64,000 nt of DNA from Octopus vulgaris (taxonomy: Eukaryota). The notes below the pieces were generated by a model. It saw only the letters and a list, made by a program, of their open reading frames with translations. It searched no databases and had not been told where the DNA came from. Positions 34,908-45,900 of this stretch are shown here, one piece after another (positions within the stretch are counted from its first letter, which is position 1; every line of letters starts with the position of its first letter). The DNA is taken from contig OX597837.1 in assembly GCA_951406725.2 (NCBI GenBank), positions 15,562,001 through 15,626,000 of the forward strand, written 5' to 3'. The translations under genes were made by a program, and so were the position numbers.

Positions 34908-37900
34908 TGAGAGGAAAAGTATGTCTATGAGTGTGTGCGTGCACACACACACATGTACCTTGCTAGAAGATATGATCCTGTTCACAGACTGGCAGGCCAG
35001 ATTTTTTGTATTTTGACCCAAATGAAACTTCATCTTCCTCAGAATGGAACTGACAGGGAAACCATATTCACTTTGAGCAGCACCTTAGAAATATATGATA
35101 AAAATAGTTTAGGGATTTTTGTTTTGAAAGATTCTGATGTGAAATCCTGTGTTGAAACAGATTTTGTTATGTGTCAGGATGGTCGTTCTTTGTTTGTATT
35201 TGTTTTTGCCAAACACATGCACTTGTATGTATATGTTCTCCTCTTTAGAAGGAACTAAACTGAATAGGAGGAGACACACGGGATGGAGAACCACTGAAGA
35301 GGTCACTTCCAGATAATGGACATCAAATAAGAACAATAATAAGTCCGAAGTGAAAAGCGAATATATACAGTGTGTGTGTTTATTTGGCAAGAATATAAAA
35401 TGTGACCATCTCGAGGACAATAATGAAAATAGTCCTAAATGAATAATATCAAACAAATACACACACACATAATATATATATATACATATATCCACCGCAT
35501 ACAGCAGTATTGAGTTATCGGATGTGCCAATTTCCATATCAAATGCATTCCAGGAATGTATTTAATATGGAAAAATGGCATATCCAATAACTTAATACTG
35601 CTGTATGTGGTGGCTATATAAACAATGTGTATGTCTCAATATGAAATTTTGCAGCAAAAATCAGTTACACGTTTTTTAATAATCCATGATTACCCTAAGT
35701 TTGTCATATTCTAGAATTTCTGTAGAAAATAATGTAAAATTGCACTGCTAACACTGGAGGACATGGTTTTGACTTATAAAACAATTTACTATATTTTATA
35801 GCATAATATGGTTGCATAACGAAATACCACGTGCCTACAAGTCATTAACATCAAGATCAGCTTTGCCTTTCGTCCTTTTGGGGGTGGGGGTCAATAAAAT
35901 AGGTACCAGTTGAACACTGGGGTTGATGTAATTCACTTAACCCCTTCCCCAATATTTTGGGCCTTATGTCAATAGTAGAAAGGATTATTATTATTATAAT
36001 TAGGGCGGCTACCGGGCAGAATCATTAGCACACCAGACAAAATGCTTAGCGACATTTTGTCCATCTTTACGCTCTGCCAAGATTCTGCCAAGGTCAACTT
36101 AGCCTTTCATCCTTGTTGTTGTTGTTACCATTATCATTGAACTTGAGTTAAGTAATCGAGTAGCACCCTGCCCACTTGTGCTTCTTGTAGAAAGAATTAT
36201 TATTGTTATTATTATCATTATTATTATTAAAGTAAAAACAAACATAATAAATAAAATCGCAGGACTGACCGTTGGGATCGAATTCCTCTGTTAAAAGATG
36301 ATAACAGCATGAGACATTACAGAGGAGATGAGCCGCAGGATTCTGAGAGAAAAACCGAAGCGCCGTTGGGCAGAGATTGCCACAAGTATGAAGGCCTGCG
36401 ACAAGCAGGTTGCTGCTGTCGCCCTGGGAACCGGTGTCAGCTTCACATTTATCATGTTCTGCAATCAGCTGTAAGATATTGGTGTCAGAGTTTACATACG
36501 TGGTAAATGGACAGTAAAACCCCCTTGGTTCCTTCTCAGTGGTCGTTGCAACATATTTCTGAAGATTACCACCACAGTCACCATTATTCTGATTCTGATT
36601 CTGTATTTTCAGAGATTCTTCTTCGTTTGGAACTGGTTGATTCTGATAAGAATTTTGGCTAAGGGTAAATTTTTTAATAAGTCCTGACCACTGTTTTTTC
36701 AAAATCTTTGCTCTCTTATTCGCTCCTGATGTATTCTGGTCAGCAGAATCAATACCAAAGACTTTTAAATCGTAACTGAAAGCAAGTTGGGTTCCAAGAT
36801 AGCCTTTGCCACTGCCCAAGTCAACAACCTGGGGTACGAGTAAAAGAAAAAAAATTACATTATCAAGAGAGGAGAAAATTCTAAAAAATATATGATAAAC
36901 TTAATTTTTGTATTTGTTTTAGTTCAACTTACTTTACATATTCCGAAGCGTTCACACAGTGAGTGGCACAACTGTGCCATAACAGCCACTTCATGGGATT
37001 TCTGTTTCGACATGAAATCCTTAACAAATGGTGTTTTGTCTTCAGTCAGTCGATATTTCATCTTGAGGTCTTCAATGGCAGTTAATACAGCAAGCTGAGG
37101 AAGAGTATTTTCGTGGGCAGATTTGATAAATTCTTCAAGATTATTGTGGTTCCATTTCAAAGTTTTGCATTCCAGGTCGGCAAGTTTTAGATTTTTTCCT
37201 TTGATGCCTGAAGAAATAAACAGAACAAAGGAAAGCATTTACGTAACAAGTGAATGGAATTAGTGAAAAATAATGGGAAGGGACTCATAAGACTCAAGGC
37301 AGACTCATCAGCCTCTGAGTTGGTAGAGTCATCAGATAGAGTCATCTTTGTGAGGAGAGGAGTTTAGTCAATGTTATTGATCGCAGTACTTGCCTGGTAC
37401 TTTATTTTATAGACCCTGAATGGAAATAAGACAAAGTTGACCCTGACAGGATCTGAGCTCAGAAAGGATAGAGATGGAAGAGATGCCATTAAGCATTCTG
37501 TCCAATATGCTAATGATTCTGCTAAATAATAATTCTTCCTACTCGAAGCGCAAGGCCTGAAATATTTTGGGGGAGGGGAGCTAGTTGATTACATCAACCC
37601 CTGTACTCAAATGGTACTTCTTTCATCAGTGCCAAAAGGATAAAAGGCAAAGTTGACCTTGGCAGAATTTGAACTCAGAATATAGCAACGGGAAAAATAC
37701 TGCTAAGCATTTCATCCGGTGTGCTAATGATTCTTCCAGCTCAAAACCAAGACCATAGATATTGCCATACCTGGGGATGAATGTGTAGATGACAAAGTGC
37801 TGGAAAAGATGGAGAAATGCAGACTGCTAAAAGATGAAATTGCAAGAATGTGGGTAATGAGGAGAGTAACTGTTATTCTGGTTGTTGTAGGAGAGCACTA

Positions 37901-38768
37901 AGAATAACAGGGTTGAGAAAGATGTCAGAGAAATTGGGAATTGACATGAGAGCAGAGCAGGCCCCTAAAAACTGTTCTATTGGGTACAGCTAGGATTTTG
38001 AGATTGGTGCTCAGGTTCTCTCTGTCTTCCACGACAGGTTAACATTCAGGTACCAAAGCTTATAATTTGCAGAAAGAGACCCTGTGAGACCCCTAACAAC
38101 AGGTGGGTATCTGCTCTCACAGAATCAACCAGAGCAAGTAAGACCGAGAGGTCAGAGGAGTAAAATAACAACAACAACAATGGCAACAAGAAAAGAAAGA
38201 GATGGTGGGTGGGATGAGGAAGTGGAATAGAAAGCAGATGATGATGATGATGATGATGATGACAATGACCTCCATAATTCAGAAAGAGGAAGAGGAGGAA
38301 GGAGATCAAAGTAGACAAAATTTGAGAGTACAAACCATGTGGTATGTGATCCTCAAGCGTTGTACTCCGAGTGGACTGTGGTGGCCAGTGCACAGCACCT
38401 GAAGGCAACAGTAGAAGCTGGTCATTAGAGAGATGCAACAGTTGCCCCTGTATGGCAGCTGGTATGTATGTGTTCCACTGGTCTTTGGTAATGAAATCTG
38501 ATGTGTGGCTATCAACCAAGGGCAGATATGGAGTCAAGAAATCAACAAGTCGTAGCAGACATTTCTCTATATGAAATTTGTATTCACATCTTGTTGAATG
38601 CTTATTCAATTTACACGTCTGTGTGTTTGCATTACACATCTCCGTCTGTGTGTTTGCATTACACACCTCCGTCTGTGTTTTTGGTTCATTTCCTTCTGTT
38701 TCTGTGTTACATGACTCTGTGAGTTTATTGGTTTTGGAATTTGGAACATCGTTTCTCGTTTCAGCCAT
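31989..38768 (-). CDS. METTL25: Methyltransferase-like protein 25; 7 coding exons, 603 aa
   Basis: Exons 38768-38336, 37207-36933, 36828-36270, 35083-34959, 34244-34062, 33862-33716, 32078-31989. All introns are GT-AG and phase-consistent (1812 nt). Motifs: MSKQKSHEV, VVDLGSGKGYL (SAM motif I), GLHTCGNL, CCYHLL, GFP, LDRIYYLLEQ, LFDPVTSPRCY. Confidence 0.92.
32740..33695 (+). mobile_element. Degenerate RTE/BovB-like LINE ORF fragment in a METTL25 intron
   Basis: QEKCQEQNKPLYVTFVDLTKAFDTV, VKQGCALAPTLF, LFAD, KVRVYRAIILTMLLNGSE, with stops and frameshifts. Confidence 0.85.
33716..33862 (-). CDS. METTL25: METTL25 coding exon 6
   Basis: ISEEMVQDY...LDRIYYLLEQ|gtgagt. Confidence 0.9.
34062..34244 (-). 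CDS. METTL25: METTL25 coding exon 5
   Basis: LTGESLFQRALLQKIF...CSSEK|gttatt. Confidence 0.88.
34959..35083 (-). CDS. METTL25: METTL25 coding exon 4
   Basis: AAQSEYGFPVSSILRKMKFHLGQNTKNLACQSVNRIISSSK|gtacat. Confidence 0.88.
35492..35613. repeat. Palindromic fold-back element, about 60-bp arms
   Basis: CCACCGCATACAGCAGTATT...CATTCC a GGAATG...AATACTGCTGTATGTGGTGG. Confidence 0.8.
36270..36828 (-). CDS. METTL25: METTL25 coding exon 3 (SAM-binding core)
   Basis: VVDLGSGKGYL...GLHTCGNL...CCYHLLTEEFDPN|gtcagt. Confidence 0.93.
36933..37207 (-). CDS. METTL25: METTL25 coding exon 2
   Basis: IKGKNL...FMSKQKSHEVAVMA...ICK|gtaagt. Confidence 0.9.
37752..38012 (+). mobile_element. R4/Dong-like (restriction-endonuclease type) non-LTR retrotransposon C-terminal remnant
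   Basis: Translates in pieces to IDIAIPGD..., EIARMW...VILVVVG and KTVLLGTARILR. Confidence 0.65.
38336..38768 (-). CDS. METTL25: METTL25 coding exon 1
   Basis: ATG at 38768 just after an acceptor (AG at 38774-38773); LVDSHTSDFITKDQW motif; donor gtttgt at 38335. The ORF-track extension to 38046 is intronic. Confidence 0.85.
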
Positions 38769-39299
38769 ATTTCTTTCAAGAGAAAAGAAAAAGAAAAAAA
38801 AGAAGAATGAATTAAAACTATGTTAATTGCTGATTTCTAATATAAATGCAAGAACAAAATCTATTGTGTGAGTGGGCATAGATGTGGCTGTGTGGTAAAA
38901 TGCTTGCTTCCCAGCCACGAGGTATCAGGTTCAGTCCCAGTGTAGGGCACTTTGGGTGTCTTCCACTACAGAGGAACAAACACATACATTTTTTTTTTTT
39001 TGTCAGAGGATGGAAGTAGGGAAAAGTCAAATATACTGACCCTAACTCCACCTGTATTTGACCAGTGGGGATTTTATCTATGATATCTCATAAGGATGAC
39101 ATGTAGAGTTGACTCTGGAGGGATTTGAAGCATAGAACATAACCAGCACAGTAATATTTTGACATTTTTTTCTCAGCTTAAGTGCCACAGATTTGGCTAA
39201 TCCGTTGGCCCGGCACATGTCTGTTCCCAAGCCCGCCAGATGTATGAGGTACAACCTGTTTTTGGAGGAAAAATAATAATAAAAAAGCCCCTGGTAATT

Positions 39300-40950
39300 C
39301 AGACGGTCGTTACTTGAATGTTCAACTACAAATGATTGTTCAGGCGAAAAACTAGCAACGAAGAGAATCATCGGATTTTCCCAAATATTATTCTTTCTCT
39401 CGAGTGTAACATTAATCGTAATGCCATACACAAACGTCGTTGTTGAGGGAAGAAGACTTGAAAGTCCCTTTACATTCTTTCCTGCCAACCGGAATTGTGG
39501 TACTGAGAGCAGTCAGCTGAGAAACTTCGGTATTTGTAGAAGGATTTCCCAAGAATATCAGGGTTTTTTTTTAACCGGGTGTCCGGTGACAGGGGACGGG
39601 GTCTGAATTCACACGGCACAGAGTCGAAACAGTTACGGGACATTGGACTCTAACACTACCCTGGATCGGAACTTTATTTATCGATCGCTAAATCTGACAA
39701 TCAAAATCGATCTGAGTGGGCTTTGAACACACATACTTCAAAGATGTACATGTTCAGCAAGTTACTTTACCTAAGATCGCACCAAGCAATTAAAACCATT
39801 TAGAAATCGAGGTCGTCATTTGGGGAAAAAAACATGATTTAATGTCACATTTACTTTCGTTTTATTTTTGTAAAAGCGGTTTTACAAATATATCAAGACT
39901 TACATAAATATTTATACCACCATAATCTTCTCTAAACATCTTTTAGTGGAACTTTTTGCTTCGATCGGAATTTCTAGAAATAAAAACACGTGAAAACAGT
40001 AAACAAACTTGGAACCGGAAACTGGACGAACTCTAATCCGCAGTAAATGTTAACTTGTCAATATCGTCTTACATTCACTGCAGCCTACAAATTCTTGATC
40101 GGAATTATGGCTTGGTTTTATTTAAAAATCTATTTAATGTAAATTTAAAAAAAAATTTAAGATTCAATATAGAAATGATATTTTATTATCATTTTTTTCA
40201 CCCTAAAACGCGAGATATTTATTTGCTGTAGCAGTTCTAGCCTTGTGCTAAACATCTCTTCTATAAAGCGTGAAGTTCCGAGATCGATCCTTACCATCTT
40301 CGACAAACATCTTCTTGCACAGTTTTTTAGCTGGTCAAGTGACCATGTTAAGGTTCTCTTGTTGGCTGCATGTCTGTGGCCAAAGTGGAGGTGAGTAAGT
40401 TGGACTTGAAACCCTGGGACTATTACAATTCAACCCCTTTGCAGTCTCACTTCACCCTCGGACAAGGAAGACAGAATCAAAAAATACTTAAGGTCAAACG
40501 GAGTTATCTCCCCCTGAATATTTGGCGCACTCTTTTGATGATTCCTCATAATTAACCGACGTCGCTCACAGAACTGTCCACAATTTAAGGCTATATTTAT
40601 TAATCCATTCCTTAAATATTATATTATCTTGATGGAAAGTCTTCTCAAGTCGTAGAAATTACGAAAGGAAACAAATACCAGCCATGAACAACCCCAGCGA
40701 ACACTAATTGGAATCCACTTGGAACTTCCCTTCGTCTCCCCTTTAATTGTTATGTATTTATTTCCCCGAAGAAGTCGGAATTGCGGAGAGAATTTGGTCT
40801 GTGATATATTTTTTTAAAAAAGACTCCCCCTTTTTAAAGGATATCTTTATGTTGTATATTTGTCACCGGTGATCCGTCTCTATCAGAACAAATGGATTTT
40901 TGGCTATAAACATTGAAAACGAACCAAAAGTTGAGCTGAATGTAAGTATT
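39300..40950. promoter_or_regulatory. Probable bidirectional promoter region of METTL25 and NPAT
   Basis: Head-to-head genes; CpG-retaining sequence; ETS-like CCGGAA (about 39490 and 40015); E-box CACGTG (about 39987); candidate NPAT 5'UTR donor AT|GTAAGT at 40942. Confidence 0.45.
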
Positions 40951-41592
40951 TATCGATGCTTTTTATGCTTAATAATTTATTTTTCTTTTCTTTTAATTCT
41001 ATTCCCATCTTGGATGCCTTATAAGACAAACGTCAGCATTTATCTTTGTAAAAGTCATGTATATAAAACAAGAAAAAACATCTTATTCCAATCGAGCGAA
41101 GTTCTAGGCCAGTGGTTCCCTACCCTTTCAGTACCAAGGACCCTTTTTAATTTAGATGAGTTTTCCCACGGACCCCTTTTAATATGCTTATCCTTGTGTG
41201 TAATATATATATATATATATATACCTATATATAAAATTTCGAATTTAGTACCCAGACCCCCACCACTACTACTGTTCTTGGCCAGAGCTGGTTATTATCT
41301 CTCATAACAACGAATTATTGTTATTCAGTCGCAGACATTCCGTCTGTGGTCGTCCTGTCTTTGCTTTTTTAAAGATAGCTCGGACTAAACTCTCCAATAA
41401 TATCCTTTTCTATTTAAGGCAGGAAATGGTGTAATTTGAAAGAGATTCAGCTATTTCTAGCAATCCGGGCGATTGCATGGAGCAGCGATATTTACCTTTT
41501 CCATTCCCATAATATATCGGGAATAAGGTTCTGTAAATTATTGTACTACATGCTGAGAGCTTAAAAAGTTTTGGCACACACACACACGTCTA

Positions 41593-41622
<30 letters not shown>

Positions 41623-41631
<9 letters not shown>

Positions 41632-41830
41632 TGAAAGCACCGGTTCTCGTCCGGTCACCGAAGTTAAACAACATCCAACCTAGTGAGCAACAGGACCTCC
41701 GTAATGCCATGATGGACCGTGAAGTCTGGCGTAGCATTGTAAATTCCATTGTCTCGACCACGGTCGAACAATGATGAACGAATGAGTACTTAGATGGGTG
41801 ACCGCTTGGGAAACCTCGGTGCTGTAAGCA
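41623..41830 (+). pseudogene. 5S rRNA pseudogene, 5'-truncated and split by a LINE tail
   Basis: ATATCACGTTGAAAGCACCGGTTCTCGTCCGGTCACCGAAGTTAA (41623-41687 segment) and TACTTAGATGGGTGACCGCTTGGGAAACCTCGGTGCTGTAAGCA (41787-41830) follow the invertebrate 5S sequence. Confidence 0.88.
41688..41786 (+). mobile_element. 5'-truncated RTE-like LINE 3' end inserted in the 5S copy
   Basis: Encodes ...NAMMDREVWRSIV...** (RTE C-terminal DRxxWR motif); TGAG duplicated at the junctions. Confidence 0.7.
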
Positions 41831-42928
41831 TTCCATTTCTTTTCAAGGTGGTGCCCCAGCATGACCACAGTTTAATGACTGAAACAAGTAAAAGAATATA
41901 TGTATGGGGTAGGGGGAAAATAGTAACCGGGACAAAGTGACTTCTCGTTTCTTGTTATTTCCATCCCACCCTACCTGTTTGAAACCATTACGTTGCAAGT
42001 ATTGCTTCATCATTTTGTCCGGTTGCATCATCTTTAGGAGTAAGAATTGGTCAGCATCGTTGTTTCGAAGTCTCCATAGTCTCGACTGGTCATGCTTGAG
42101 AATCCAGTTGCAGAGTGTAATGAGGGTTGCTTCCGATAGCATCCTTTGGACGAAGTACCTGAGGATGACTCTATCACGAACAGGGAGTAGAGAAGATGAA
42201 GGGACAGATGGAATATGATTATTGGCAGACTCATTAGGACACCAGAGAAAATGCTTAGAGGCATTTCTTTCTGGCTTTTATGTTCTGAGTTCAAATTCTG
42301 CCGAGGTTGACTTTGCCTTTCATCCTTTCAGGGTTGATGAAAATAAGTGCCAGTCAGGCTCTGGGGTCACTGTAATCGATTAACCCTCTTCCCCTGAATT
42401 TCAAGCCTTGCCCCTATTGTGTTGTAGAAAGAATTATTATTACAATTATTTCCGACTGGCTCCCTGTGCTGGTGGCACCTAAAAAGCACCGTCCGAACAT
42501 GGTCAATGCCAGTGCCACCCGACTGGCTTCCATGCCGGTGGCACGTAAAAAGCACCCACTACACTCTCGGAGTGGTTGGCTTTGGGAAGGGCATCCAGCT
42601 GTAGAAACCTTGCCAGATCAGATCGGAACCTGGTGTAGCTCTCTAGCCTTGCCAGTCCCCAGTCAAACCGTCCAACCCATGCCAGCATGGAAAACGGATG
42701 TTAAATGATGATGATGATATATATTAGGCACAGAATGCACAACATGATAATAATAACCATCCTGATGATAGAATATTTATTAAAACTTCGTTTATATTTG
42801 TTTTAATTAAATCAAATACTTGTTTCCATTTTAGTTTTTTTTTTTGTTTTTTTTGACTTAGCTGTCAATGTGTGAAGGAAATAAAACGACTCTCATGATT
42901 TGTTGGTCAAAATGTATTTAAGGGAAAC

Positions 42929-42980
42929 ATGAACAACAAACCATATTTCTTACCCTCAGAAGTAGCAAGGCTGGTTTTAG
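42929..42980 (+). CDS. NPAT: NPAT coding exon 1
   Basis: [18 protein letters not shown]|gtaagc; acceptor at 42860. Confidence 0.9.
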
Positions 42981-45900
42981 GTAAGCATCCTTTTACTCTT
43001 TTTTTCCTTTTTTTTTTTATTCTTGTTTCAATCATTGGATGGTGGCCATGCTTGGCTGCCACCATGAAGAGCTTAATCAATCAAATTGACCCCAGAATTT
43101 ATTTATATTCAAGTTTGGTGTTTATTCTGTTGGTCTCTTTTGCTGAGGAAAAATATAATCATCCCCTGTGAGTATATATACATACATTTATGGGCTTTTT
43201 CTACAGCATTAGACCATTTTAGCTCTTATTTCTAGCAATGTAGTCACATTTAGTAACAATTATCTTTTTCCTTTATGGTATCGCATTTGCACATGACTAG
43301 ATTAATTTTCGGATACACATTAGCAATCCGCTAAATCATCCATAAATTTTTATGGTAAAATGCATTTATATTGACAGAGGATTGGCCTGCAATCTGCCAA
43401 ACGAGTGGTCCTTACTCATGAAGGGTACTGGAATAGCTGAAACTGAATGATCAGTCTACGGAACTATCAAGTTGATGTTTTGGGTGGTTGCAGCCCCTCT
43501 GAGCATACATGTATACATTTATGTGCTTTTCATACAGCATTAGAGCATTTTAGTTCTTATTTCTAGCAATGTCAGTGTCCTGACACCCTTTGTCATATTT
43601 AGTGATGATTATATATATATATATATACACACACACATACATATGATGGCCGTCCACTCGTGACTGAGGAAGACCAATGCTGACCTTTAAGGAACATTGT
43701 GCGCTCTAGGACTAACTTATATTTGGTATTTGCAGCTCCATTAGTGGCTAAGGAGCCCTGCTCTTGACAAGCATACACGACTGTAGACGTTGCAAACCAT
43801 TCACTACACCAGTCGTGCGCTTTCGAGCAGCACTGCTTAAATTCTTCATGCAGAATACGTGCTCTCACAAAGGTGTCGACCCCCCTCCTTAACCTGCTTC
43901 CTCCATCTGTGGAGATGACAAGTATTGCTCTCCCAGTCAGTCTCTTGCATATCACAGCTTGAAAGATATTTCATCATATATATACATACATACACACACT
44001 GCGCCCCACATTATTAGGCAAATCAACCTTCTCTCAATAAATAATTAGTTCAAAACGAGTTGTTTCCCCACTGACTGTTGGCAACACCCATCTGTGCACA
44101 TTCTGTTAAAATAAATCCGATCTGTGCAAATGAAAATAAACGCCAGCCATTATTGTGTAGCAGCAACATTTCTGGTGCCCCAAATTATTAGGTGGGTGCC
44201 CAATTTAAGTATCATTATGGGTCAGAAACATGATCTTACCTCGAATGAGAAGTCTACCATCATGTTTGGAAAAGGAAAAACCATAGAAATATTAGAAATA
44301 CTGGGAAGAGATCACTGAACAGTGAAGAAGTTTGTGCAGTCTCCTATTTCTGTTTGGTCGAGGGCAGATAAGGATAAGTCGAGGGTTGAAGCGTATTTTG
44401 TTGTGTGTGAAAGGGGAAGTTGTGCGGAACCCATGTCTGACCAGTAGAGAAGTCTTCAAATGTTGTGGCAGGGAAGACATATCACAAATTACCAGGTGTC
44501 GCTTCTTGGAGCAGGTAGCCAGGTATGTTAAACCTGTTACAAGGCCTCCCTCTGAAGGCTGTTCATGAGCAGAGGAGACTGAGATGGGCAGAAGAATAGA
44601 TTAAGATTCTTCAACAGTTCTGTTCACTGACGGATGCTGTGCTACCCTTAACAGACCAGATGGCTGGAGTAAGGACTGAGTATCAATCGGCAGGAACCAT
44701 CTTCATGATTTGAGACACCAACAGGGGTGGGGGTAATGTTTTGGGGCTGGTCGTATGATGGTCGGGCCATGGAAAATCCCAGATGGCATTAAGATGACAT
44801 TGAAAACATAAAGGACAATTTCCAACTGTGGTTCAAAAGGCTAAAACTTTAATTCAAGACAAAGCTGGTCTTCATGCAAGATCATGCCCCATCTCATGCA
44901 GTGAAGAATTCTAAGGAATACCTGCAGCAAATAGGCTTCTCTGGAGCTCGTTTGATGGATTAAATAAATGTTTGTTCTTATACAATAATCATTTTTACTA
45001 TACTTGCCTAATAATTATTAAGTAATTTTCCACAGCGAAAATGTTGCCCAATCACAAAAATGGGTGCCATTTGTTGGAGTCTGCACAGATCAGATTTATT
45101 TTAACAGAATGTGCACAGATAGGTGGCGCCTACAGCCAGTGGGAAAACAACTGGTTTTGAACTAATTATTTATTGAGAGAAGATAGATTTGCCTAATAAT
45201 GTGGGATGCAGTGTATGTGACAGTTTCTTTTACTTTCCACATTCTAAGTTCACTCACAAGGCTTTGGTTGATCGGAGACTATAGCAAAAGTACTTTCCTT
45301 AGGTGCCATTCAGTGGCATTGAATCCAAGACTGCATGGTTGGGAAGCAAACTTCTTAACCACACAGCCACACCTGTGCCTTAGCATTTCCTGTTAGAAAA
45401 TGTTATTTGGGAAGGGAAGATTAAATAGGTATTTTTCTCCTCCCTGCAGGGTATTTAACAGACCTTGGTCTTGCACAGACAACAAAGGTTTTCCTGAAGG
45501 AATGTAAGGACCTCAGTGAATATAATGAATTAAAAAAGAGAGGCTATGCATATCCTACAGATATAATGGGCCTCAATCTGGTGAATATGTTGGACAATTT
45601 TGGATTCATGAAAACTCAAGGTAAGTGGGTTTTTTTGTTTTAGTTTTGTTTTAGTTTCCTTCTTTACAAAATGGTTAAAAGAAGAGGGCTGATATCCCTC
45701 ACATTTACAGGCACCCACACACTGATGAGATGGACTTAGCATCACTATACTTCCATAATCTAACTTAATACCAGTTCCAATATGTTTGGGAGATGTGTGA
45801 ACCAGCAAGAGGCTTGTACGTCCACTAATGAATATATTCTGGCTTGGCAGCAGACATGCACCATCGATCAATAATTTTGATTGATTTTGTATAAGAGAAG

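Noticed and set aside
38046-38335. His-rich hydrophobic extension of ORF 38046-38768
   Set aside because: Intronic read-through; the donor at 38335 is phase-compatible with the next exon.
43163-43572. About 75-bp direct repeat (43163-43242 and 43493-43572)
   Set aside because: Diverged local duplication with no LTR hallmarks or internal coding sequence.
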